Below are positions 15,230 to 29,231 of a stretch of DNA of 64,000 nt, in pieces. Below the pieces are notes generated by a model. It saw nothing but the letters and a program-made list of their open reading frames with translations, did not search any database and had not been told where the DNA came from. The stretch covers positions 275,652,001 through 275,716,000 of the forward strand of contig OZ024742.1 of NCBI GenBank assembly GCA_964016885.1, in the 5' to 3' direction. Positions within the stretch are counted from its first letter, which is position 1; each line of letters opens with the position of its first letter. A program made the position numbers and the translations under genes. This DNA comes from Eledone cirrhosa. Taxonomy: Eukaryota.

Positions 15230-16650
15230 GTTTTTCTTCCTCCGTTCGTCATCCTCTTCCTACTTTCAGCAAAGTGGTTGACAGGTATCATTTCGGTCTC
15301 CATCCCAACTTTTCCTTTTTAGTGAATAGGTTTGATCATAGGTTTGATCTCCCAATCATGTGATTTAACCCTCGCACAGCTAGTCATCTCCTGTATTTCA
15401 GCTGTTATTCTATCTTTGCTACACTTCGCCTCCGTTGCGGAAAAGCGTAGCAGGCTACCGACTTAAGCACTGCTCTGGCCTGCCACTCGAATAGAAGAGC
15501 AAAGTATCACCGAAAAGCTGCATATGATCCAGGACAATTCACCCGTCCTTGTCAGCCGAATACCGGATTGTGACTTTTTTGCCATGCTACACCTTTACCA
15601 CGCAAGCCCATCGAAAGGCTCTCGTCCCTATATGTCTAATATCATGCATCATTTCGTGCTACGCTTTGAAGAATTGATCAAAGGCCAATCGCGCCCTGAG
15701 TATGTGAACTACAATGCCTTTCTAAATGGTCTCTTCTAACTTTCTAACAAACTCCCTTTACTCTAGTTTTCTTTATCGCTATTCATTTATTAAACCCAAT
15801 CGAATCTGCTCTAATCGCGCTTTTCCCATTGAACGACGATTTGTTTTTGATGATTGCCCCTGTCAAAGCCTGCTTCATTAATTTACTAATCCGGTCACTG
15901 TAACCCTTGCACGCCGGGAAGGAGGCTTTCGGCCTCCATTAACCGAGTCACCACGTTTGAAGGTTGTATATGCCGTCTATGCAGATCACAATTATTTTGT
16001 CTGTGCTGTCGACTACATTGAATTGTGAATAGACTATTCATATCTTTGCCCATGGAATGCATTATCTAGACTCGATATGGATGACCCTAAGCCTTTTGAC
16101 CATTTCCATATTGACACATATTGGATGTCCAGTCCTTATCTGTCAGACAGTTGGAAACGTTTGAAGGGGGTTATGAAGATTTTCACCCCCTATCCTATTT
16201 ACTAATACCACACAGTCACATCATGAATCTTCAAATTTGTTCCAGTTGCCCACTAATATTAAAGAGCAGAACGTTCCTATGCAGATCTCCAAAGGCCTGA
16301 AGAAGTCTGGTTATTTTGCTCCTGTCGAGGTATAGATGACAACGCGCCTGGGGGGCATGTCATTCGTTGTTGGCCATGTTCAACACCACCAAAGTACCTT
16401 CAGATGCAAGAAGATATTCCGTATCGTGAGATCCAAGCTTTCTGACACAACACAACCATCCACATCTAGACCCTGGAGAGCTTAAATCTCTAAGTCAGCG
16501 GAATTGAGGGTGACGTCTCGTGTACTGGAAATGTTTGTCTCACTAATGGTCATCACATCCCATTTCAGGGATCTGAGGTCATTGAGAAGGTGACACTGCT
16601 TCCCAGACGACCTCAGACCACGTGCATTTATGCTGCCATATTTTATGAAG
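15230..16650 (-). mobile_element. Third, older Tx1/L1 copy (APE to start of RT), highly decayed
   Basis: Revcomp near 16560-16640 reads GSINARGLRSSGKQCHLLNDLRSLKWDVMTISE. Revcomp of 15790-15930 aligns by eye with 12805-12945. Confidence 0.75.
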
Positions 16651-19184
16651 AGGAGGAAAAGTGAGAATCTGTATAAAGTTTGCCAGTAGTTCTCACAATG
16701 GAGATATTCTACATATTCAATATAAAATTCAAAGTTAATTAGCTCTTTTAATTTTGCTTTATGGAGTTAAAATATGTATTTCGTTTCACCAAAAGCTGAG
16801 TAAGAATATCCTCACTATTCCCGAATACTCATTAAGATATATTAACAGAGTAAGGCAAAGTATTTATTGGTTGATATAAGAATGATGAATGGGTTAACTG
16901 GTGGAACCATCTAGAATATTGGCTATTAGTTCGACATTGCTAAGTGCGACATCAATCGATATTTATAATAACGATTTAATCAACTAGAAAAAAATATTGA
17001 TCTGTAGACTATCCCATTCGAATCTTGTAACATGTCTATTAGAATATTATTTTTAAAACACAAATGTCGTTCCAGGGTAGATATATTCGATTGTATCGCA
17101 TATACTTACCATAAGTTGAATAATACTTATATATTGAGAGCAGAATGATGAAAAGCAAAACTCGAACAAAGAGAGATTTGAATGCAGAGCTTGAAACTAA
17201 GGCAACAAAATACCACCGGATTTTTTTTACAGTGTTCTAACGGTTCTTCTATCCACCACGTTTGAATTACATTTTAATGTGTTTGGGCAACATGTAATTT
17301 GATATCATCAAACGTTATTATTTTAATAACTCAAAAATGTTGTAAGAGAGAACAACCGCATTAACAGTGGGAAACAAGTTCTAATGTGCACAATGTTAAA
17401 CGGTAGGGGACTTATTCTAGTATTATGCACATAAAACAATTTCCCCACCAATTGGGTAAAATGATGTTTGCGGATAACCAATATTTTACACGCGTGCTTA
17501 ATTCACCCGTCTACTCTTGGAAACAAAGCTTTTGATATGTGCTGTAAATAATCTATACAGAAGTGGAGAGCTGTGAGTTATAAATGACCCAATTCTTAGA
17601 TCGTATTCATATTACTGATTTAAGAAAGAAAAAAGCCAAAATCGAGATTAATAGGATTTGAACAAAAAAAAAAGAAGTACACGTAAATACGAAGTTTCTC
17701 TTGCTTGATATTGTACCATTTATTTCACATCAATGCACTAATCATGACGACAATGATTTGTAAAGACACACAAGGCTATACAATCCAATTGTATGAAAAT
17801 CAGTACCGCCTGGTAAAGATGATGCATTTCTCGACATTGTTTCAAAATATCGACTTCTTACCTGCTGGAAATAAGGGTTTCAAATACCGAAACAAGTAAA
17901 TGGGAATATGGATAACTCAACCTCAGCATTAATAAATTCTTGTTTGCAGCAAAGTTTTCAATACTTTAGTCGGAACGGAGGACAAGGTTGGTGGAAAGTA
18001 AGGGGAAAATTATTCTCAAACCGTAGGCATCGCCTGAATATTTGCAACAAAATAAACATTGTTAAAGACATCCAAGTGCTTTGGGGGTAGAGGTTTTTAC
18101 CCAGATGATGGATGCAATTTATAAGACTAATTAATAGTTATGCTTATATATACTATGCCCCATATATTCTTTTTCCATAGGCCAAAATGCATGAGATTAG
18201 ATTTCTACGAAGACTGACATCTAAAAGTCACAGAGACCAAAGGATGTGATATACTCTATTTAAATATATTTTAATCCATATAAAGTCATTTAAATGTCGT
18301 GCTTGTATCTTGCGTTACGTATCATAATTTCATAACTAAACTAATGCTTGTCTCTCCCCAACAAATGTGTAATTTTAGTTAATATTTTCACTCAATGCAT
18401 TACATACGTTAGCCCCAGTCTTACGTTTTGGTATACGTGTAGAGCAATGTTCTACATATTTGTTTCTCTAGTCCTTGAATCAAACGCAGTATGAAACTGG
18501 TATAAAGTAAACTGATATCTAATGACTGAAAATCAAAGCCCATGGTGGTTCAGTTCAAAATGGACGAAATGAGTCCAATGAGTTATTGGAAACTACAAGT
18601 TAACAAATGGTAAATTCGTGTGAGACAAAATTTTTGTTTCACTTTTTCCCACTCAGTGTGTCCTGTGTTGAAATCCTGCCGGGTTCTATCGTATTTGACC
18701 TACTTAGTAGACAATCCATTCTAAGGTGCCATTAGCGAAGTCTGTTGCGAGCAATCGGACTACGACAAGGTTTGAGATTATCTTCTTTCCTTGTTCATAC
18801 TAGTCTCCCAAAACCTGAAAAGAGTCGAGTACACTCCAATACACAGTTTGTAAAGAGTAAAAAGAAAATGAAAAAGAAAAACTGAGAACCAGAAAGTTTA
18901 AGAACAATAATAACAGGTACTTGCCACACGAATTGTAAGTAAAATCAACTGTATTAGAAATATTACTTGAACTACACTTGAATAAATATTCAGAAGTCGT
19001 ATGTTAATCACATGTTATTCGCGTTTTCTTCTCTTCATTGATTTTCTTGTTGCTAAGATGTGGTCAGCGATCAGAAAAACAAAGATTAACACGGTGAGTG
19101 GAGAAATGAATTGAAATCATGAAAGTTTGCAATTCATGAGGACAAATGATTTACGCGGAGTTTCCTGCTGTATTAATTCATGTG

Positions 19185-19272
19185 GTATGTATGTACGTGT
19201 GTGTGTATGTATGTATGTATGTATGTATGTATGTATGTATGTATGTATGTATGTATGCATGTGTGTATGTAT
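19185..19272. repeat. (TATG)n microsatellite
   Basis: Seen directly. Confidence 0.9.
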
Positions 19273-20923
19273 GCAATTATATATGCAGGTAATTATGTAA
19301 GTAGGCATAAACACTACATCTCACTTGATATCACTTCTATTCTTACATCGTCATCTTTTATTCTATTCTTTTCAAACTATACTTCTCAAACCATATATCC
19401 TTTTCAAACTATATTATTTTTAAACTTAACTTTGAAATTTCACTGTTTTTAAACTTTAGTGTTATCTAAGCTTTGCAGGTTACACCTTATTTGTTATTTT
19501 GTATTCCTATATCTTATATTTTATATTTGTTATCCTTTAGTTATTTTCTTATACTCCCATGACTACCATTCTGTATATGTTTACAATTAGCTTTTTTATA
19601 GACATTTTACTTATCCTTTACCTATACTTTCCATTAATTAAACATATTTCAGGGTTTCTTTCACATATCTACCATCCATTAACCATATGTATATTTATTC
19701 AATTAATTATTACCCCTACTCCCTTGGGATACACTCACTATATAACATGCGATAGTGTTTTCATATTATAGTGATAGCCTGGATTGAATGTATGTATCCT
19801 AATTATGTTTATTGTGGAATAGCATTGGATTACATCCAATATGAATCTAAGACTGAGCAACGCATGGAACCTAGGGGCAGCTAGGGATTGTGTATAGTTT
19901 TTCCTGTCTCATTAAATCATGCGTTGCTTCAGTTTTGATACTTTTCGACTTTATCATTAACATCACTGATATGGATAACTTGGAATTATATGGCATACGT
20001 TACGACACCGACTGACGGTGAAGACCCTCCTAACTACGCTCGTGGCACCTGTGTCTGTTCACACTCCTTGAGTGCTTGGAAAAAAATTAATTTCCCTTTT
20101 CTTCGGTATACCGTAATACTCGGAACGGTTGGTGGGCCTTTGTGCCCTGGATGTATTGGGGGTCGTTATTTCAGTTGTTGTTGACCGCGATACGACACTC
20201 CTTATATGTTATAGTGCGGGACTATTTCACACTCTATAGGAATATAACATTGAACTACGAGAGGAACCCGAGACGGATAGTGACTTAGTTTAGCTTATCT
20301 AACATTATGTTATTTGTTTATTAGGTATCAGATTTACACAGCTCTATCATTAGAATCATTAACATAACTGGTATATCTAATTGGTGATTGCCCAACATAG
20401 GGTATTTCACCGGCCAACTGTACGGATCCTACTATTTATTAATTGAATTTTTAAACATTCAATTTTAATCCCCAATTTTAATCGCTAATTTTTAATTTCT
20501 AACTTCTTAACAAATTTAACCTTAAATTTCTTTTAACTTCTGAATATTTTCTACTTGATATGTACCTACATTCACCCCATCCATTGTATACTTTCTGTTG
20601 AAATTTATAGACCTTAGCTTGACCCGAATAGAATATCATTTCTTGTAACCCTTTCACTTTCTAGCCTGTGTCCCAATACGTTTGAACGAGAGGTATTAGC
20701 AACTCACTCAATAAGCAGTACAACCATTATCCGCATAATAAACTAACAAGAAAAATCTGATCAGAATAATCAGAGATGACGAGGCGAAATGACAACAAGC
20801 TACCACGATCGTCTCAAAAGCAAAAAACACTTTATTTTCTTCTCTGTATTTTTCTTTATTTTTTCCTTAAAGCCACTTGGAATGTGTTTACCATCATTTC
20901 TTTGGTATACAACTATTACGCAG

Positions 20924-20987
20924 TATACACTTGATGATCTCACCGGGTACATAGGCAGCCTGGTCACTGAAATGTGTATAGTGTATG
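20924..20987 (+). ncRNA. Decayed type I hammerhead ribozyme (C3U core change)
   Basis: tatacac-TTGATGA-...accggg...cctggt...-GAAA-tgtgta-TA-gtgtatg. 7-bp stem I; stem III looks like a decayed tgcgca palindrome. Confidence 0.6.
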
Positions 20988-21145
20988 CAGAAATAAATGA
21001 TTAAGGGAATTCACCCCGTCCGGCGTCCTGTCATTTTACTTTATAATATATATATACAAATTCAAATAAAAGGCAGAGCTAAAAACTCATATTAATACCC
21101 TGTAATTAACAAGCTCAAAGTATAAATACTGAACATTATATAATA

Positions 21146-21320
21146 ATATCGGTAGAGGGTCTGACGCCATGCTTTCCAGCATAGTTACGTCCCTTTACGA
21201 TCTGAGTTCAAATCCCGCCGAGGTTGACTTTGCCTTTCATCCTTACGGGGTCGATAAAATAAAGTACCAGTAATGTACTGGGTAATTGCTGGCCTTGTGC
21301 CTAAAGTAGAAACAATTATA
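21146..21320 (+). mobile_element. tRNA-derived SINE
   Basis: B-box-like gagttcaaatccc, central gcctttcatccttacggggtcgataaaataaagtaccag (resembles the MetaSINE/Sauria-type central domain), 3' gccttgtgcc.aaagtagaaacaatta. About 10 copies in the window. Confidence 0.85.
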
Positions 21321-21598
21321 TAATAATATATGTAGTAATAAACACAGTAAATTGTGTGTTTAAAATTACGAAGGTAAAGATACCACATTTGTTTGAGAGA
21401 TTTAACCTGATTTAACACAATTCTTAGAGCGAAACAGATTAAATCTCTAATCTGTCCGGGAGATCAATAGTTATTGAAACGGTCAGTACATTTTACTCTT
21501 TATCCTGTATTTTCCGTTTGCTTCAGGTTAAATCTGTCAAACCAACGTGGTATCTTTACCCTCGTAATTTTAAACATACAATTTACTTGTTTATTACT

Positions 21599-21783
21599 GT
21601 GGATTGGCAGTATCGATAGAGAGTCGGATGCCATGCTTTCCAGCATAGTTATGTCCCTTAACGATCTGAGTTCAAATCCGGCTGAGGTTGACTTTGCCTT
21701 TCATCCTTACGGGGTCGATAAAATAAAGTACCAGTAATGCACTGGGTAATTGCTGGCCTTGTGCCAAAAAGTAGAAACAATTA
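21599..21783 (+). mobile_element. tRNA-derived SINE (same family); its tail is the Helitron insertion site
   Basis: Sequence identity to the other copies. Confidence 0.85.
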
Positions 21784-24700
21784 TCTATATATATATAAAA
21801 CTGAGGATGTCTGTGTGTGTGTGTGAGTTTGAATCCCTAAAACTCGAGAAGCACCCAACCGACTGTTTTCAAAATTTACACATGTAATACTTGTTTCAGG
21901 GAGTGTTCTGAGCAAAAACAATTTCAAATTATCAATGCCCTAGGGACCACATTAGGCGATTTAGCGATCTCTCACTATAATTCTTAGTCTTTCTCTTTTT
22001 AGATAGATACATACATATAACGTCGCGCCCTTATAATATCTGCCTGTATGTCTGGCTGTCTGCATTACGTCACTTCCCACAATTCCCTCTGCGTCCAGAA
22101 CGCGCCCTTATAATATCTGTCTGTATGTCTGGCTGTCTGTTGCCTCCGGTGAATATATTTCACACAACACTAAAAATGAAAGCCAGTAACTATGTATTAG
22201 TCAGTCTCTTCTTCATACCGTGAGCAAAGAAAATCCAACATTTAGTTACACGAGAAACAACCCTCACTGGATTTTTGAAACTGTGTCGGACCGACTCTTT
22301 TGCACGGACTCTGCTTTGCCCCCAGGTGCCGTCCTACTACACATGGAATAAGCAACAATGGGTGCGCAGAAAGGCAGGTCAACCTGTTGAAGGACATCCC
22401 GGCATAAAGTTTGACAGTTGCCTTGGGAGGGTTTACACTGTGCACCCGAACCAGCACGAGTGCTTCTACCTTCGCCTTCTGCTGCTTGAGGTAAGAGGAC
22501 CCCAATCTTTTCACGACCTCCGAACTTTTGACGGCTGCGTGTGCAGCACTTACAGGAAAGCTTGCTTCAAGCGTGGCCTACTGGAAGACGGTGCGCAGTG
22601 GGAAGCGACTTTGTTTGAAGCCGTTGCATCTCAATCGCCTATGCGTTTACGAGCTCTATTTGCAGTAATTCTGCAAACTTGCGAATTAATCAATCCTGTC
22701 TTTGTGGCTGCAGTTCAAAGAAGACTACAAACGCCGGGTGCAACTGCAATACCCTCAAATGGAACGAACCAGCGATGAGGTCTTCAATTGTGCTTTGATT
22801 GACATTGAGGACAGAGTTGCATCACTCGGTGGAAATTATTTGCCGTCATATGGTCTGCTCCAAGCGCTCCGTACCGGGTCAAACGTACTTCCTACAGTTC
22901 TTCTTCGGGAAACATCCTACGACGTCGATGACCTTTCCAAGTGCGTCCGTGAAACTGAACCACAACTTCTTCCAGATCAACGTCATGTTTACACCATTGT
23001 TGCTGACCATGTGCGCCAAAAAAAGGAGGTATGTTCTTTCTGGATGTTCCTGGAGGGATGAGCAAAACATTTTTAACAAGGTTTCTCCTTGCAAAAGTCA
23101 GGATGCACAATGACATTGCGGTTGCTGTAGCATGTTCGAGGATTGCTGAAACTTTGCTGCCCAATGGCAGGACTGCACACTCCACTTTAAATTGCCCCTC
23201 AATTTAACGAAGTCAGAAACACCCACTTGCAGCATCAGCAGGAATTCCGACGAAGGCCAAGTCCTGAAACGATGTCAACTCATTGTCTGGGATGATTGCA
23301 CTATGGCGCACAAAGGAGCTCTTGACGCATTGAACACAACCCTCCAGGATATCAGAGGCTGTCAGGATCCGATGAAAGGTGTTACGCTTCTGCTTTAGAG
23401 CAGACCCTCAGGCAGACGCTCCCTGTAATTCCCAAAGGTACACGAGCTGACGAGGTCCAAGCATGTCTGAAGTCATCTCCCCTATGGCGCCATGTCAGGA
23501 AACTGACTCTTACAACCATCATGAGGGCTCAATTGCACGGTGACCAAACGTCCGCTGACTTTGCACGGGACATTCTGAAGCTTGGCGACGGCAACATGCC
23601 TCTTGACGCCCAAGGCGAACTGGAAGTGTGGCCATTTGCGATTTCTGTTAATTCTGCGGCAGAGCTCAAAGTACATTGGGTGCACTAGAGTTGGCAGCAG
23701 GGAGAGGCTTTTTGCATTTGCACGACGAGGGAAAACAAGGAACATTGTTTACAACGAGGTGTTATAAATGAAACAGCGAGAAGGTAGGTTCATTATTGCC
23801 CTTTCTTAAACCAATCTTGTCGCAATTCGTACGGGCTACTAACTGAAATGCGTTTTTTCTACGGTTTAAGGTGAACCCTTCAGCTAAGAACTTTCCCCTT
23901 GACAATTGGTGCGGCAATGTAAGGTCGTTAAGCGGATCGTTGTTCGTTGGGTGCTCTAGAGTTGGCAGCTGGAAGAGTCTTCTTACATTTGCACAAGGAC
24001 GAGGTAGGTTCGTTATTAATATTTCTTAAGGAAATCTGGTTGCCATTCATACGGCCTATTACCTGAAATACGTTTTCCCTCGGCTTCAGGTGACTACCTT
24101 CAGAGATGGACCTTCCGCTTCGCACTCAGCGCGTCAATGTATGGCTGTTAAACGGACCGCGAACGCATTCTGATTCATTCTAAAGGCTACCAGTGGAAGC
24201 AACCGTAACACCCTCCTTCAAATGTCAGAGAACGCTGTCAAAGTTACTATTAAGGGCTACAAGTGAACGCTTACATGGCCGTTTTTAGGGCCACCACTTG
24301 AAATTGTTCATGGTTACCCCTCCTGACTGGGGTGTCCGTGAACGGCTTACACGGCCCTTTTAAGGGCCCTTGAAATAGCTGATGGCGACCCTTCGTTTAG
24401 GGCTGCCAGTGAACGCGTACACGCCTCGGGGCTTATTTTATTGCACCATTCCTCTTTAAATTTGTTAAATTGTACCCGCAGTTTGGTAAACGTTTGTCCA
24501 GTTGCGTTTAGTTACTAAGGTGCGGTGGACTCCTTCGAGAAGGCTCCACATGTTGTCCGATTGCATTTCATGCCTTGCTCAAGCATTGGGGACTTCCGTC
24601 TGACATAAGTGGTGATATCTGTCCTGCTGACTCATGCCACTTTATTAAAGTACAAAAGCACCAAGACGATTTTCTCCACGCGGAAGGAGAAGCATGCCTA

Positions 24701-25325
24701 ATACTAATTGTATTAGAGTATACGGTTTATTTTCTTTACATATTGTCCAGGCATGCAGTTTTCCCATGATCAGGTTTGTTGGCGGCCCGCGTTATGTTTC
24801 AGGGAGTGTTATACACATAAAAAAAATTCAACTTTTTAATCCCCTAGGGCCCGCATTAGTTGAAAAACTGCGTTTTTTCAGCTTTTTAGGGGTATTTTGA
24901 GGCGTTACATCAGTCAGATTTCCTTGAAATTGTAATTATGTATTAGTCAGTCTCTTCTTCATACCGTGAGCAAAGAAATTCCAACTTTTTTATGGCCTAG
25001 AGCCCGCATTAGGTGAAAAACTTCATTTTTTTCAGCTTTTTAGGGATTTTTTTAGGTGTTACGTCTAGCCGATTTGCCCGAAATTTCAAGGCATATTATG
25101 CACATAAAAAAATTCATTTTCTTGATGCCCTAGGGCCCGCATTAGGTGAAAACCTGCATTTTTCCTGCTTCATCGAGGAAAATCTTAAAGATTATCCAGC
25201 CATCAGAGTATTCGGTTTATTTTCTTTACATATTTTCGAGGCATGCAGTTTTTCTACGATTAGGTCTGTTGACGGGCCGCGTTCCAAAATACCTTATCCC
25301 GTGCAACGCCGGGTACCACTGCTAG
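21784..25325 (+). mobile_element. Helitron, internally deleted, with decayed RepHel (Pif1 helicase) fragments
   Basis: 5' TC(TATATATATAAAACTGAGGATGT); 3' hairpin cccgtgcaacgccggg + CTAG; inserted A|T. ORFs 22275-23767: GRVYTVHPNQHECFYLRLLL...VRGPQSF, GRTAHS, LIVWDDCTMAHK, KTRNIVYNEVL. Confidence 0.9.
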
Positions 25326-25374
25326 TTATATATATTATTACTACATACATTATTATATAAACTTTAATCTGTTA

Positions 25375-25419
<45 letters not shown>

Positions 25420-25558
25420 ATAATAATAAAATTGAAGACTAAAATCCAAAGAGGGCTTGATAAGGAAAATATATATCAAATATATAAGAACCGAAGAGCA
25501 AATATTTATTAAGGGTGAAAGCAGCGATTCTTTGCTTAAACTTTAATCTGTTATTTTA

Positions 25559-25607
<49 letters not shown>

Positions 25608-25901
25608 ATTCGGGTTGAATCGGAGGTAACCGCAGTAAGTAAGGTACTCAATACATAGCAGAGTATAAAAGTGTTAATGTTAGTCTAAGTGATAAACTAG
25701 GATTAGTATTCCAAATTTGATTTTGTTTACAGTATTTTTTCTGCCTTTGTTAATATTATAGCTTTAAAGAATTAGCTTTTAATGAACTCCCTTTTCTTTA
25801 AATCCTTCAACCAATGACCTGACCTCAACCCATCCCAATCCCCACCCTCTCCTACCACCAGAAAAGAAAATATATAACTACCACTACTTACTTGGACAGC
25901 C

Positions 25902-25952
25902 AGCTTTTTGATGATTTCTCACGAAAGAAACAGTTCTAGTCTTGTAGAAGCT
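25902..25952 (+). ncRNA. Type I hammerhead ribozyme, decayed core (TTGATGA)
   Basis: agcttt-TTGATGA-tttc tcac gaaa-GAAA-cag ttctagtc ttg-TA-gaagct. The sibling at 35964-36008 keeps CTGATGA. Confidence 0.65.
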
Positions 25953-26031
<79 letters not shown>

Positions 26032-26066
26032 ATATTAAATGGAAACTATATTTATAAAACCATATT

Positions 26067-26118
26067 TATTCAATTATATATATTTCAAAATTTTGGTACG
26101 CTATCATCAGATAAAATA
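26067..26118 (-). ncRNA. Hammerhead relic (stem II half-deleted), same family as 36146-36205
   Basis: Revcomp: tattttat-CTGATGA-tagcgtaccaaaatttt-GAAA-tatata-TA-attgaata. Confidence 0.55.
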
Positions 26119-26229
26119 CAAAAAGTTTTATAAATATTTGACATGACCAAGGATAATATACCTTAACGGTTCAAGTTATCCCTGGAAAGTCAGTTATAAA
26201 TATTTCCAACAAATTAAATATCCCTTCTA

Positions 26230-26271
<42 letters not shown>

Positions 26272-26332
26272 TAACAGATTAAAGTTTAAGCCAAGAATCT
26301 GCTTGGACTTTAGTCTTCGCATTTATTATTAT

Positions 26333-26466
26333 TACTTTACGATCTGCGTTCAAATCCCGCCGAGGTTGACTTTGCCTTTCATCCTTACCGGGTCGATAAA
26401 ATAAAGTACCAGTAATGCACTGGGTAATTGCTGGCCTTGTGCCTAAAGTAGAAACAATTATTATTA
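26333..26466 (+). mobile_element. 5'-truncated SINE copy
   Basis: Identity to the family. Confidence 0.8.
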
Positions 26467-26467
26467 C

Positions 26468-26917
<450 letters not shown>

Positions 26918-27907
26918 GTTTCCAAAGTTACTGGAAATCTCAAAATGCGGACGAAACCATGGTAGAGGTAAATAAATGTATTCTATTTTCTCCTAGTTTA
27001 TTTTACACCTAATTCTGTTTAATTGACTGTATCTGGGCGATTACGCTGTCGAAATATTCGATAAATATTCCGTTGCGGTCGACGCGAAGGGCTAGTTTCG
27101 GTTATTTGTTGCAGATTTTTTCATAGAAGCCTTATTCTTATAGCCTGGTCTATTCGATTTTTTATATAGTTAATTATCCTAATTGGGAGAGGAAATGGTA
27201 TATATTTTATCTGGTGATTCTATAGACATGTTTTATGATATATAGCTCTGATTATTTAATTTATTAACTTTTCATTGAGCCACAAAGTGACTCGTTGCAA
27301 AACACGTATATGTATGTATGTATATATATATATATGTAAACCTTTATATGTAATAATCTCCCATTAGGTTGAGATACAAATTTGGCTGTATTGTGCTGTG
27401 CTTTCTAGCAAAAAGCCACCAGCCGTAAGCAACTACCACATCCCTTCCAACCTGACCGCTGCTACGTCACGATTCTTAGCCATTTTTAAATGAATTCTTG
27501 GCACGATCACTTTGGAAAATTTAATGTCTGGATTAGAGCAAAACTCCTGAAGAGTCCGATGCTCGAGTTTCCAAAGTTACTGGAAATCTCAAAATGCGGG
27601 CGAAACCATGGTAGAGGTAAATAAATGTATTCTATTGAGGTAAATAAATGTATTCTATTTTCTCCTAGTTTATTTTACACCTAATTCTGTTTAATTGACT
27701 GTATCTGGGCGATTACGCTGTCGAAATATTCGATAAATATTCCGTTGCGGTCGACGCGAAGGGCTAGTTTCGGTTATTTGTTGCAGATTTCTTCATAGAA
27801 GCCTTATTCTTATAGCCTGGTCTATTCGATTTTTTATATAGTTAATTATGCTAATTGGGAGAGGAAATGGTATATATTTTATCTGGTGATTCTATAGACA
27901 TGTTTTA

Positions 27908-27912
<5 letters not shown>
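26918..27912 (+). mobile_element. Non-coding hammerhead-bearing element with ~325-bp direct repeats (26918-27243 / 27567-27912), ~650-bp periodicity, flanked by (TA)n
   Basis: gtttccaaagttactggaaatctc...catgttttatgata occurs twice, near-identical. No ORF in the track. Confidence 0.75.
27544..27616 (+). ncRNA. Type I hammerhead ribozyme with extended stem II
   Basis: ctc-CTGAAGA-gtccg...gagtttcca aagttac tggaaatctc...cgggc-GAAA-ccatgg-TA-gag. Palindromic stem III accatggt. Confidence 0.8.
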
Positions 27913-27969
<57 letters not shown>

Positions 27970-28000
27970 AGATCAAAAGATGGTTAAAGGAGTTCCATGT

Positions 28001-28069
28001 ATTTTATTATGCGCATTTCAAAAACAAACATCATCATGCAATAATATTTGTGTTTTCATCAGATAAAAC
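28001..28069 (-). ncRNA. Type I hammerhead ribozyme in the inverted pLTR copy
   Basis: Reverse complement of 28961-29029. Confidence 0.85.
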
Positions 28070-28960
28070 AGGAGAACATGATATGAAGGCTAAAAAACAC
28101 TTGTGGATAGTGCAGTTTTAAATCAACATATGAAAAGTGGTTTTAGATTGATGTGTGATATTGGGAAAAATATTTTAGTTAGAGGGGGGGTGAAAAAGGG
28201 AAGGAGATGAGAGGGAGAGATGGGTGATAGAGAGAAAGAGATAGTTTTTATAACTGAGAGAAGATATATTGTTTTATATAGAGAGGTTGAAAACCGTTGG
28301 AAGATAATGTATAAATTAAAAGAATTTGAAAATTAGCGAAGGGAAAGATATGTACGAGGAAAAAATATTTTATTTAGGGAGGGGGGGTGGAAAGGATGAA
28401 AAAAGGGGGAGGAGATGAGAGTGAAGGTGGAGAGGGAGAGATGGGTGATAGAGAGAAAGAGATAGTTTTTATAACTGAGAAAAGATATATTGTTTTACAT
28501 AGAGAGGTTGAGAACCGTTGGAAGATAATGTATAAATTAAAAGAATTTGAAAATTAGCGAAGGGAAAAATATTTGCGAGGAAAGAGAGGGAGTTTATGTA
28601 TGAAGATAGAGAGAAAAAAATAATAATTGTGGATGAATATTCTAACGCGAAAAAGGTGTATGTTGATAAGTATTGTGGCAATTTCAAAATTAACGAAGAG
28701 AAAAAAAAATTATTAAGGTTTGTGTGTAGAAGGATTTGAGAAAAATAATGTGAAGTTAAAGTTTGTATATTGAAGGAATTGATAATATGTGCGAAGAACG
28801 AGTTAATATGTATTAAGAATGAGTTCGTTGATGAGGAGAAAAAAATAATAAATAAAATATTTTTCCCAATATCACACATCAATCTAAAACCACTTTTCAT
28901 ATGTTGATTTAAAACTGCACTATCCACAAGTGTTGTTTAGCCTTCATATCATGTTCTCCT

Positions 28961-29029
28961 GTTTTATCTGATGAAAACACAAATATTATTGCATGATGAT
29001 GTTTGTTTTTGAAATGCGCATAATAAAAT
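28961..29029 (+). ncRNA. Type I hammerhead ribozyme in the 5' pLTR
   Basis: gttttat-CTGATGA-aaacacaaa tattattgcatgatgat gtttgttttt-GAAA-tgcgca-TA-ataaaat. 7-bp stem I, long stem II, palindromic stem III atgcgcat. Confidence 0.88.
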
Positions 29030-29231
29030 ACATGGAACTCCTTTAACCATCTTTTGATCTTATATTATGTATACTCCAGTCCTACAAACTGTAGAGTGCT
29101 TCTTATCCGATATCTGCATTGCTTTATTGTACTACAATAAAACTCACCTCCTACATTAACTTGCTCCTTAACGGTTGAGCGCTTACTCTTATATTGGATA
29201 CCTTTTGATGGTCTTTTACTTCTTCTACAAC

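Noticed and set aside
16700-19100. Possible host exons in the unique-looking AT-rich stretch
   Set aside because: Only short ORFs with no recognisable motif; cannot be supported from sequence alone.
21146-21225. tRNA gene at the SINE head
   Set aside because: Only A/B-box-like remnants with no full cloverleaf; it is the SINE promoter region.
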